DNA of 54,620 nucleotides, counting the filler, from Sphacelaria rigidula (lineage: Eukaryota): assembly GCA_964200075.2 (NCBI GenBank). It is 3 parts of 3 records of this genome, joined end to end, with 100 filler letters (N's around TTAATTAATTAA, not from the genome) between each part and the next. Parts side by side here need not be neighbours in the genome. Positions count along the whole stretch, not along the records: positions 36,483 to 54,620 come from CAXNAA020000906.1; 2 more parts are not named here. One strand, given 5' to 3'. The stretch's first letter is position 1; every line of letters starts with the position of its first letter. A program made the position numbers and the translations under genes. This document shows positions 36,383-47,600 of this stretch, one piece after another. Under the pieces are notes generated by a model. That model was not told the DNA's origin and did no database searches. It was given only the letters and a program-made list of their open reading frames with translations.

Positions 36383-36482
36383 NNNNNNNNNNNNNNNNNN
36401 NNNNNNNNNNNNNNNNNNNNNNNNNNTTAATTAATTAANNNNNNNNNNNNNNNNNNNNNNNNNNNNNNNNNNNNNNNNNNNN
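36383..36482. other. Assembly gap, 100 nt with TTAATTAATTAA linker
   Basis: Identical construction to the first gap. Confidence 0.98.
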
Positions 36483-36532
36483 TTTTCACTCTCAATCGTA
36501 TCATCTACTCTCAATCTCACGAAAACACTGTT
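36483..36532 (+). mobile_element. MITE family A, right-end fragment at contig start
   Basis: ctctcaatcgtatcatctactctcaatctcacgaaaacactgtt is the family A right TIR. Confidence 0.8.
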
Positions 36533-36769
36533 TCATCCACATGCAGCAGTCTTTATGTAACGGGGATCCGTTAAGTATACAGTAGTGTTGCAGGAAGGAT
36601 AGCCTCGTGCGGGCCATTTGCAGCAGAAAACGCGCCGTTGTTACTGACCCTCACGCGTGGGGATGTTCGGCGCGCCTCTGACACAAACTTCCCCTCTTCT
36701 TTAAACACTGAACCGGAGTGATCAAAGCGGACCACGACGTGCTCATCTGATCAGTAGCTACAGCATGGC

Positions 36770-37042
36770 CTACAGCTCTCTGTCCGCAATTCTTCTCCGT
36801 CCCCAGGGGTATGTAGTGAGACTGTGAACTTCATGTGCTGTGTGCCTTGTCGGGCTGTGTGTCACACGTCTGCGTGTGCCCGAGGGTTCGCTACATTCAT
36901 GTTCTCCGTCAAGCCCGTCGAGCAAGCAGAAAATTTGTTGGCGCAAACCGATTCCGAAAACTCCCAAGCGAGTTTTCAAAATTGACTGCGCAAACGAGGT
37001 TATTGGCGTCTTTTTGGAGGGGGATCGCGGCGACGAATCATA
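36770..37042 (-). CDS. Candidate terminal exon of the PP2C/CNB/kinase gene
   Basis: Strong acceptor (ctgtatctcctacag) followed in phase 0 by an open frame YDSSPRSPSKKTPITSF...* downstream of the last confident exon. No recognisable motif. Confidence 0.25.
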   Translation of the reverse strand, partial: YDSSPRSPSKKTPITSFAQSILKTRLGVFGIGLRQQIFCLLDGLDGEHECSEPSGTRRRVTHSPTRHTAHEVHSLTTYPWGRRRIADREL

Positions 37043-38044
37043 CTGTAGGAGATACAGCGTAAACAGAGGATGCATTTGTCCCTCGATATGACACGGCCTA
37101 ACCTTAACCTTCCACAAAACGTGTGAAAGTAGGTAGTGAGTGCTACGCTATCTTCGTGCTCTCATCGATCAATCACTTAAATGTTGGAGTGATGCCGTAT
37201 TTCACTACCGTGCATATTGGTAATTAGTTGTCATGGGGTTTGTGCCATGAGTTTGTGTCAGTTGAGTTTTCGTCACCGTTTTATTTATGTTGGGAAAAGA
37301 AATACAATGATGTCCATCACGATGAAATTACTGAACGCTGCCTAGGGCGTTGACGAAACGATCCAATAGCTCAATGCTATTGGACGACGGCATGCGATGC
37401 TGTGTCTTGCTCATTCTCGGTGTCCACTTCTACACATACCTATATGTCTCCGCATTGGTTCTTGACTACTGATATCCATGCTAATGGAGAGCACCACATG
37501 CAGAGACCAAATGAGGACGGTTTGTTCCATGGTTCGCAGGTTTAGAATTTCCGCATGCTATGTTGTGTCGTGTAAAGAAACTTGTTGTGAAATGCTGTTT
37601 TCCATGTCGTGTTGGCGAGAGTTTTAATGCTTGAAACTTGTTGCTGATTAGTCCTACCGATACCCGTGTTTCCTGTGTTCCGCGTGCTTGGAGCAACGTG
37701 AACGACGGGGTGGTGAACACGGGACGGTCGAGCGGACGTACGACAAATTGAATTCTATATATACGACCAAGGCCATGAAATTACGTATACGCTCGGGCAG
37801 AAGTTCGAACGAGGTACTTGTGATGATGTTTTCGGAAAGGGCATGAGCTAGTGTTCTCCGCATCTCCCGCGATCACTTCTCCTTTGGTGTATACTTTTGC
37901 CATGATCATTCGGGGCATGCTTTTACTATACATACATAGGACTACTTACTCTACATTCGTTGATCTATTGCTGATGGTCTACGGTCAATACTAACAATTA
38001 GAGTAATGACAATATGGAGCAGGCTCGTGAGCAAGTGGTGGGTG

Positions 38045-38133
38045 TACTCATGATCATGCCTGCCATAGTCATCAGGCCATTGACCTCGCATCCCTACAAA
38101 GCCGGGACGGAGCACGCCGGGTTTTCGCCGGAC
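38045..38133 (-). mobile_element. 89-bp 5'-truncated LINE/SINE 3' end (family D) with 25-bp flanking direct repeat
   Basis: caggctcgtgagcaagtggtgggtg at 38020-38044 and 38134-38158; the insert is the reverse complement of the element at ~20930-21030. Confidence 0.85.
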
Positions 38134-38638
38134 CAGGCTCGTGAGCAAGTGGTGGGTGGGGCCAACAAGAAACACAGGCCACACAACCACCGCGGGAGTG
38201 GCGACTCGGTAGCCACCAAATGCCCATCGGGCGTTAGGAGGCGAAACTTCAGGATGGAAGAAACAAAACGTTTGGAAACGAAAGTTGCTCTTGGTCTGGT
38301 TGGCGTTAGCGAGCGGGTGATGAGACAGACGGTGAACATAACACCGATGAGTGGTATTTCTCTCGATAGGGATGCGTGGTCAATGGTCACACGACTAAGG
38401 CAAGCAACAAATGAAAGGCTCCCGTCCATCTTCACTGTTAGTGCTGTCGGCGTAGAGAGTCCTTCCTCCACTGCGAAACAGGCACTCGATTGGAATAAAT
38501 ACAGCACTGAACCATCGTCCAAGGTAGCACCTGGTGTAGCGAATTCAAAATCGAAAGCCAGCCTGCAGCCATCGTCTATCTGTCGGGAGAGTAAGTGAGG
38601 TCACTCTTCTCTTGTGTTGTGACTACTGTACCGCTCAC

Positions 38639-41600
38639 CTTGAGAAGTTTTCTCTCAAGCTGATCCCAGTCCATTCCTTGGAAGAATTCATGCGAAATTG
38701 CCGCCTGTCCCCCTTCGCTTCCAAGACGGTTTTCTTGTTTCGGCTGGAAAGTGTGCATACAGGAAATCGAGGATGCGTGAATGTGAAAAACGGCGTTATT
38801 GTGAGGGCATGCTATGTGCGACACGCCCCCGACTTCTGTTCCCCGTCCCCCTCATTGTCCAGTGACTCCGGAGGATGAGCGGTAACGGCCGAAGTAATCG
38901 GTGTAAACTTCGTCGTTCCATCTATTATAGCTGGGCGTGGTGACCGACGTGTTAAAGCTACGGAGTGACCCGTTTCAATCGATGCAAGCGCGAGTCGAAG
39001 ATCCTGTATGTAGTCTACCTCAGTATAATGGTCTTCCTCCATCAACACGCGGATCAGATGTACTCTGTGTGTAGCTTACCTCAAGGAAAGCGCAGTTAAT
39101 ACTTTGCGTGGAGGCTTCCGTGTTTTCCGAGAAGGAAAGCTTGTCCGGCGAAAAGGAGGCAATGCTGGTGTACACCTGACAGTTTACAGTTGCATGGAAT
39201 GACAAGCAACGATGGCAAGCACCATTGTTCACACGTCCACACGGTCGAGTAAGGAGAGCAGAGCGCCGGGGATTACAACAACTACGAAGCAGAAAATCGG
39301 ACCAATGAAAAAAACAAAACCGGACGCATGAAGAAGGTAATGTAGGAAACTAGCTCTACAGTTTACGTTGCCTTGTGGAAGGGCTTGGAGTGGCGTACTT
39401 CTTGATATCTGCAACGTAGGCTGCTTTACACAAGGTTCCACAACGGTGCAATCCTCGGCTATTCGGCATTTGGAGGGTTACATGTGGTTTGTCCAGAATA
39501 CCTTGGTGGTGTGCCCTTAATCCCCTCATCTGTTCACGTATGTAATCTGTCCACGTATGTTTGACGTTATAACGGAATACCAGATCAGATGTGAATGAAC
39601 ACGCGGACTAGATCTGACCTGAACGTAGCAAGCCAACTTTCCCGATACTCTGGTACCTTATCAACGCCCACGGCTACTACTACTAAAGCAATGGTTATCG
39701 TTATCTAGTGAGTACACTCAAGATACACCTTCAGTGGAAGTCTGGCAGATCCAGAATGTGCGGTCAAGCTGCAAGACGTCATGATCGTACTCGTTTCACA
39801 GCTCCCAGTCTAAGGAATCCGAGGACAACATCGTCCCGTCTGCTGATGGTCCTTCCGTAGTAGCAAGCTAACCTGTACACTCATTTAAACACTTTCGTCG
39901 CGTGCGCGTCGCTTTCACCAACAATAACACCAGCCGGCAAACCTACAACAGAGGAAGGAACGCCGCCCGAGCCGCATTTTGCCCGGAGTCTACGCACCTG
40001 AGTTTCAGTCTTGTCCTCCTTGAAGGGAGTCACCCCGTGCAGCATGACGTAAAGAAGAATGCCTAAAGACCAGTAGTCCACCCCATACCCGTACCCCTGT
40101 CCGGATATCTGCTCCGGCGCCATGTAATGAGGATCGCCTACCATAGTATATGCCTGGTGTCGCCCATGAAAAAAGTGTTTGCAGGGCGACGTTGTGTGTA
40201 GAAAAGGTCTCTGTCGAGTAGACCGCTCAACTGGTATACTCGTGCTGAAGAAAAAACGAGGACACCATCAATGAGTTATTGTCTTCCCGTTAAAGCACAA
40301 CTCGCCAACATAATATAGAGGTTGCGCTAGCATATATGGGCCCATGGTCATAACTCTATGGACAGGACCACCGGTAAACAGCAGTATACTCTGGGCATCA
40401 GCCCCCCGACGACGCAGTTGCGTGGGATTGAGAAGGATCTGCAGTTGGGCAATCTGAAGCTTCACTGTGAGTGCGTCGCAAGGCGATGAATACACATAAA
40501 TCACGAGGTATGCCACCGAGGTATGCTTTCGAGGGTGTGTGTCATGTAGTGTCGACCAGGGTAAACGTGTTGCCCGACAAGCCATCAGTATACGGCCATT
40601 TGTATCCGAATGGCTATCAGTTGGTTCAAGCACTAGATGCCAATCCCTCCGGAAGTAACGGCAACCCTTCAAAACCCGTGCCAGCTATTGTACGTCCTAT
40701 ACCCGGAAATACTGATACCAGTTGCACGCAACCGTCATCCGTAATACACAAGACGTGTGGCCTAATCCGTAAACGCGATACTTCTTCAACTTTGTCAAGC
40801 GAATTGTTCCATGATTTAGCGTTCGAAATAACCTGCTCATGAGTCTGATTGCTCAACACTTTAGCTGTTCCTCGATAGTTTCACCTTCGCTCCGTCCATT
40901 TTTTTGGCGCACGTGAGATCTGCCAATTGCGCGTGTCCATCGTCCGTGACGTATACAACGTGCGGCGTGGCATTTCGGTGTATATACCCCTCCTCGTGCA
41001 GGTGCACGATTGCTGAGGTCACGCACGCCATGTAGAAGCGGGCGCTTGCCTGCGAAAGCGGTTAACAAGTGTCCAAATAAGCGTGATTAACTAGATCGGA
41101 CACTCAAGAAATCCCAAGCGTCCAGTACGCAATGTCTTCCACGATCAGAACAGAAACGTGGAAAACGGTTACTCTTTGAGAACCGTTGTAAACGTTTCAC
41201 CTCCCCCCCCCCCCCCCCCCCAACCCCATCGCCGGAACGGTGCTCCGTCCCGAATGGGATGCGTGGTCAATGGTCAAACGACTAAGGCAAGCAATGAATG
41301 AGTACGCCCCCCCACCCCATTGCCGTTTTGTTTTCATGTATCAACCCGATGTTTTCGCTGTGTGGCCGGACTGCAACAACAAAAACAAAACACCAGAAGA
41401 GCACTATGGAAACGGAAAAGTAGGAGGAACGCGTTCGGCGGGGTGTCGGTCATTAGCTTGTTCTACTGTACCAATTAGCCCCGAAACTAGTTATTTGAAC
41501 TGCTCCAAAATGCCTCAAAAATGCCCCCAAAATGCCCCCTAAAATGCCCCAAAATGTTCATGTGCCCACCCTCACCAAGTGTTCATAGTGGTTGCATTCG

Positions 41601-44600
41601 CCTCTGGATACGGGGCTCGTGGTGAGAACTTACAGTAGATGGACAAAACAAGTGCTTTCGTGTACGACTGCAGTTAGTTCTTCCGGTAGGGTGTGCGTAG
41701 GTTGTCCACGAAGTTAAAAACCGGCCAACGTTCTGCTGATTCCATAAGCAAGACGAGTGGCAGTCGCTTCACACTACCTTCTGTTCGAGGTTGGCATCAG
41801 CAAAGAGGAAATTCTTGGAGCGCATTTTTCGAGGACTGTTGGCCAAGATATTGACAATTTATATCATGACAATATCCAACCAGCGCATAAGGTGCGTTGA
41901 GATCACTTACCTCGGGTAACGGTCCGTTTTCTAAAAGCACGGCTAAATCGCAGATAACCCCTCGCTTGTAGACGGCATATATACACTGCAACCATGGCAA
42001 TCATATGTATACATTCAGAGGACGGCGCGGGTGGGCGGGGGTAAGGGAGTTGATACAACTGTATCCACGCATACCTACTGTTTACGGCGGGAGTGCCGTC
42101 GTTGGAGCATGTAGCCGTTCCCATCAACCATTGACATGTACAACCCTTGAATATGTGCTCGCACTTGGGCTGCTCCGCCGTTACTCCTCTTTCACTACGA
42201 AGCTACTCTGAGGACGATAGCTCAGTGTCCCTCTAATTTACATATCGTTTACCTAGAAAGCACCAGCATCAAACTTACGTGCTTGTACAAAAACAATACT
42301 GCGAGATTTCCCGCTCAGGTTGCGACCTTGGATACTTCCATGTTTCCAGGCATGCTTTCTGACCCGCCCCTGTCTCATCCTTCGGATGAGTCCGCAGTCG
42401 GACGGAATCAACCCACCTCTTCCCTGGTACCTACTTTCCAATAGGCTATCGAGAATTGGGTAATGGAGGATGACCACTCACGCATCCCGTGGACTTCCAT
42501 CGAATTTTGTGTCAACTAACGTTCTCACTCTTCCCACCGTGGAAACAAGATAATAAAAACGTTACTATCGGGAATCAGACTCCGCCCGAAGTATGGCCGA
42601 CAATGACATGTTCCGGTTTCACCACCCGGTGACGCGGTACTTGGTGTCCATGCAGTATGAGCAGCCGCTTGGTCCTACTATTCTGCAGTGTTACAAACGC
42701 CTCAGCAACCATTACCTTCGTGTCCTGCAATGTCATCAACTGCGTGGGGATGAAGGCGTTGGGCTTGGATAAGTTCCTCAAGATGGTGCTTTCGGCGACA
42801 ACATTCACGTCAGACCCCTCTTCGACCAGGCCCTTCTTGAGCGATGTCTGTATTTCAACAGACATTTACCATCAAACACGCAGCAAGTGTTACACAAAAA
42901 GGTGTTTCATGCGTTGCGTGGGCAAAAGACGCGGGACTTTTTATACCCCGAGAGACAGAGGAAGACATATACCAGCACGAACTACAGCAAAGAATACACG
43001 TTCTCATTCAACAACCACACTGAGCGAGTGAGAGGGAGACTCCATGTGCTGTATGAGAGCACCCAAACGCGTTGCGTTTCATCGTCCGAGTCGGGTAAAA
43101 GCACATCGAGATAAACAAATGTGCCCAATTATGAAAACGAGACGAATCGACAAAAAGTCAACTCTTGCTATTCTCGTGGAGTGGATGTTTTGCTCGTGGC
43201 ATGATGAGTATAGCACCGCACCTTGACGCAAAACGTGGTCTTGGTCTGGCTGTTCAAATATGTCCCTACAAAAGTCGACGTCCCCAGCTGTACGGCCCAC
43301 GCCTTGAAGTGCAAATCCGCGGCTGTGGTTCCCTGTACGTCGACGCAAGAGGGATCACGCCATAGGGAAGGCAGTGATCCGGGAAAGAACAACAGGATTA
43401 TCACTATTTTTTCGCCAAATGAAACATTTCAAAAGCGCGTCTTAGACTCAATTACCCTTTAGTGGAGCTCACAGAAATTAAAGTATTTTAGTCACATGGA
43501 GTATCGTGGGTATTGCCTTTGGCAGTTACATTTTGCACGAGAAACGCCTCCCGGGACAAGGGGCCTCCCGAACGCCGCAGAAAATCTCTCCTACTTTCGC
43601 TTCACCATCACATGGTTTAAATTTTGCCTTCACCTGTTCGCCGTTCACATCTCACATTTTCACGCTTCGTACGTCACACCTTCTACGTTTTCACATTTCC
43701 ATAGTTTAAAGCACACACCTTGATGAGGGAATCCGCGCCAGTCCCCGAACCCTTTTACTCGGCGACCCCGCCCTTGGATGCAAAATTTATGTTCTTCGCG
43801 AGTGAATAATTTCGTCTCGCTTGTTGTGCATTGCTTACAAGCATTCGACCTATCCACTGTTTTCACACTCTGGCGAAGAAGTACGCACCTTGAGGGAAGC
43901 TGCCAGACCCACATCCTTCTCCTTCATCGCCTCGCCCTTCGCCATTCGAGCCCCCGCTTGGTCGATGACTGCCTGAAGGGGCCCAAGCTTGGCTTCCATC
44001 GTAGACCTTTGTAGTGACAGGAGACGGGTATGCCCCGACGAAACGAACGACCCCTGCCCAACGGCATCAAGTTCAAAATGCACACACACAAACACACATG
44101 TAATGTATAACCTCCGGTAGTCGCGTGTTTTTTATCTGCCCTGTGATGCCAGGGTGTCAGATGTTTCCATTGCAACTGGGTGTACATGAAATATTCCAGT
44201 TCCTGCCATAGAGTGATGTTTCCTCATCATCGTGCAGAATGTTTTGCTGTCCGAAGTATGCGGACCTCCAGGCAAGAGTGACGCAGGTTACCACCTTGAA
44301 CCATTCAGCACTCTATATATTGGGTCGAAAGTTCCATTAGGCCGTGTCGGTATCAAATAAGACACACGGTCTTGAATTATCGTACAACCTCTATCGATCG
44401 TAGATTGTACATCTCTCCGGGATAGTCAGTCATCTCACTGATTCTACGGTCGGGGTGCAACTTTTAGTCCGAAGGTTTTTCTGAGGCTGCGCACTAAGGA
44501 ACAGATACATGTAACAGTGGATTCTCGAAAATGAAGTTGAAGAACAAGATGAGGTTCAACTCAAAACCCGTGCTTTCCCTGACCTTAACTCAAGACAAAT

Positions 44601-47600
44601 GGCTTCCATACGGACGACCCCATCCCTCCCGACCTCCCTATAACTGTTTCGGGGGATTTTTAGCCTTCCGTTCCCCCAGACGATATGTGCTAATAAAGCA
44701 CAATTTTTGAGCCAAAAAACGTCCTTTTTTCACCCCGAGATCGAGTCAAAACTGTGCTCCCGCACATACCCTTTGGGAGAACGGAAGGCCAGAAATCCCC
44801 CGAAAAACTTCTAGGGAGGTCGGGAGGGATGAGGTCGTCCGTATGGAAGCCATTTGTCATGAATTTAGGTCAGGGAAGGCACGGCTTTTGAGTCGAACCT
44901 TATTTTTTTTCCAACCCCATTTTCGAGAATCCACTGTTATGTGTGTCATCGAGAGACTTCTCATGTGCAAAGCCTCACAAATGAATGATGCACCCCTACT
45001 TCAAAAGCACTCATGTGGACTATCAGATTTCCAGCTGGACTATCAGATCTCCATTTGGAAGTCTCCATCTGGGATGTGGACATCCGTCTGGAACATGGAC
45101 ATCCATGTGGGATATGGACATCCATCTGGGTATATGGACACCCATCTGGAATATGGACACCCATCTGGCATGCTCATCTATCTGGGAAATGAATATCCCA
45201 AACAGACGTCCATATCTCATATGGATATTCATCTGGAATGTCAGATGGATATTTATCTGGGATGTCAATATCCCAGATGAAGGTTGCACGATGATGCAAG
45301 GCTCTCATGAGACATGCGCATGTAGCGAAACCAACCCATGAAGATCTGACAGAACACCAGTACTATACGATCAACCATTCGAGTGCGACGAGAGAAGCAA
45401 GATGCAAGTTTGTTCACCTTTGATTAGACGTGCTTGACAATCGGTAGGCAAATGCCGGCTCTCTGATTGTTCAGTGTTTGCGCCTATTTTCCTCGGGTGT
45501 CTCTCCCTTGTTTCTGATTACCCCGGCTAGACTTATAGCGTAATAGTTGATGCCAGTGTCCGACAAACAATCAAGGACAATCAATCAATGGTGCTTTTAC
45601 GAATACATATTTGTCACACCTTCATTTTTCCTGTATCACTTACTACTGCGATCTTCGCCTCCATCACCCTGATGGTGCCAATACGTCGTGGATACCATTT
45701 TTTCATGATGTAAAACAATTGAACAGGAACGAGATTTCTCTGTTTTGAAGGTATAACATGATTCAATTGCCAGTTGGCATCATATCATAGGGGCCGAGGC
45801 AAGAAGCGCACTATTATAATAAGCTGTGTAAGGGAAACGGATTTGACGAATGACCACGAGTCTTCGTGAGCATTCCAATCAATCAATCAGTACCCTGATT
45901 GGATCCCCCCGAAGGAGCGCTGACTCCCCAAAGTAGCCTCCCACGCCGATGCTCGTGACCTCTTCCCGTTCATCTCCCGTTCCTAGGTAGCACTTCACCT
46001 AAATTAATGTTAATAGTATTCAACAATATACAGAAAAGCTGCCGTTCAGGGAATGCCTGATGGAAATATGATTTTCACCTAACCTGCAAGGGTTCGCGGA
46101 AGAACAAGCACAGAGAAGTGGTGGCATGATTGGTATGATGTGCGGTGAAGGAAGATATCACAATCTCACAATTGGGCGTGACCGCGCCGTTCGTTGTCGT
46201 CATGAGTTCACTAACCCTAACCCTAACCCTAACCCTAACCCTAACCCTAACCTCCAAGAACCCCAAGCTTAAGGCCGAATCTGTAAGCGTATCGGTACAT
46301 CAAGAAGTGGTACACGCCGCCTCTCGCGCGTGGCAGGGATCAACCGAATAAGGACAGCATAAACATGTCCGCACAAAATGTTCACGGTTGGAAGCGCGGG
46401 AGCAGATTTCAACAAACGGCAGTGTCAGACGCCGCGCCATACGTACTCCAAAAAGCGCCAAAAGTACCAAGCACCGTCATGACCTCGTACTCCACGTGCA
46501 AACCTTCAGTATGCTTTTGCGTTCAACTGGCGGAATTCACCATACCCACGGCTGTGGCAACGTGCCAAAGTAGCGGCTACCCTAGAATGAAAACTGAAGA
46601 GGCACTACCATGTATGATGTTTTCCAAACGTCCTACCTGCTATTCAGAGGCAGCCATTTTAGAATCAATACCTCGCTGGGTATAATTGTTTACGTCACTT
46701 GACAGTATTCACTCTTTCCCCCCTCATCTTATATCCCCTTCCTCATCTTTCCTTGAGCGAGTGCTTCCATTCATTTTCCGTTGGTACGTCCATCTTATCA
46801 CCACGTGCGGATTATAACTACGTGTGGATTATGACCACATGTGGATTATGATTTCTAGTGGTTCATTTAGTAAGGTGTCAAAGTCTATCAAAATTGAGCA
46901 ACATAATGAATGTATCAAGACATCATCACATCATCACATCATCACATCATCACCAACTCGACACGAGGAATAGTAAGGGCGCATAGCATTTCCTTCACAA
47001 TGTACTAAGAAGCCATGGAGGCTAGCCTGCCGTACTGAAGATACCTCACTTAGGCTCAAATTGACATTTCTGAATAACAGTACGGCTGCCACCGCTTACC
47101 GTTCCTATGATCGTGAGGAAGAACTTTTCCCCCCCTTCTCCCTCTCTGGTAATGTATTCCTCGTCTTCAAATGTCACCTCCTCCATTAGAGCGCACAGTT
47201 GTTGCAGCTTGAGAGCGGAAAGGGGCTTTAATGTCTTCACCTGGTGAGTGTTATAATGCACGAGCGACAAGTGAAGCCGGTTTTCGGTTTTACGGTGCCG
47301 CCGCATCTCGACGGTCTTATGGTACAGCCGAAGCCGCCAGGCCTGAAGAATGCGGTTTTTGTGTGAGGCAGAGGCACTGATTGTTCCTCAAGCAAAATAT
47401 AATTCCCGTCGTTGAATCCTAACCCTAACCCTAACCTGGGAATGTGAGTAGAACAATGGTTTATATGACAAGAGTCGACGCGGTGCGAGAGTGCTGATCG
47501 TTTCCACTAAAGGCATTACAGGGGGTGTGCTGGAAAAGGGAGGGGAGGTAGCTCTTTTCGAAAAGTGTGCGCACGGTTGCGGCGAGTGTTGGTGGTGCTT

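Noticed and set aside
44843..45341. Repetitive ORFs (MDIHLEY-like repeats)
   Set aside because: Translation of a ~21-bp minisatellite and a foldback arm inside an intron.
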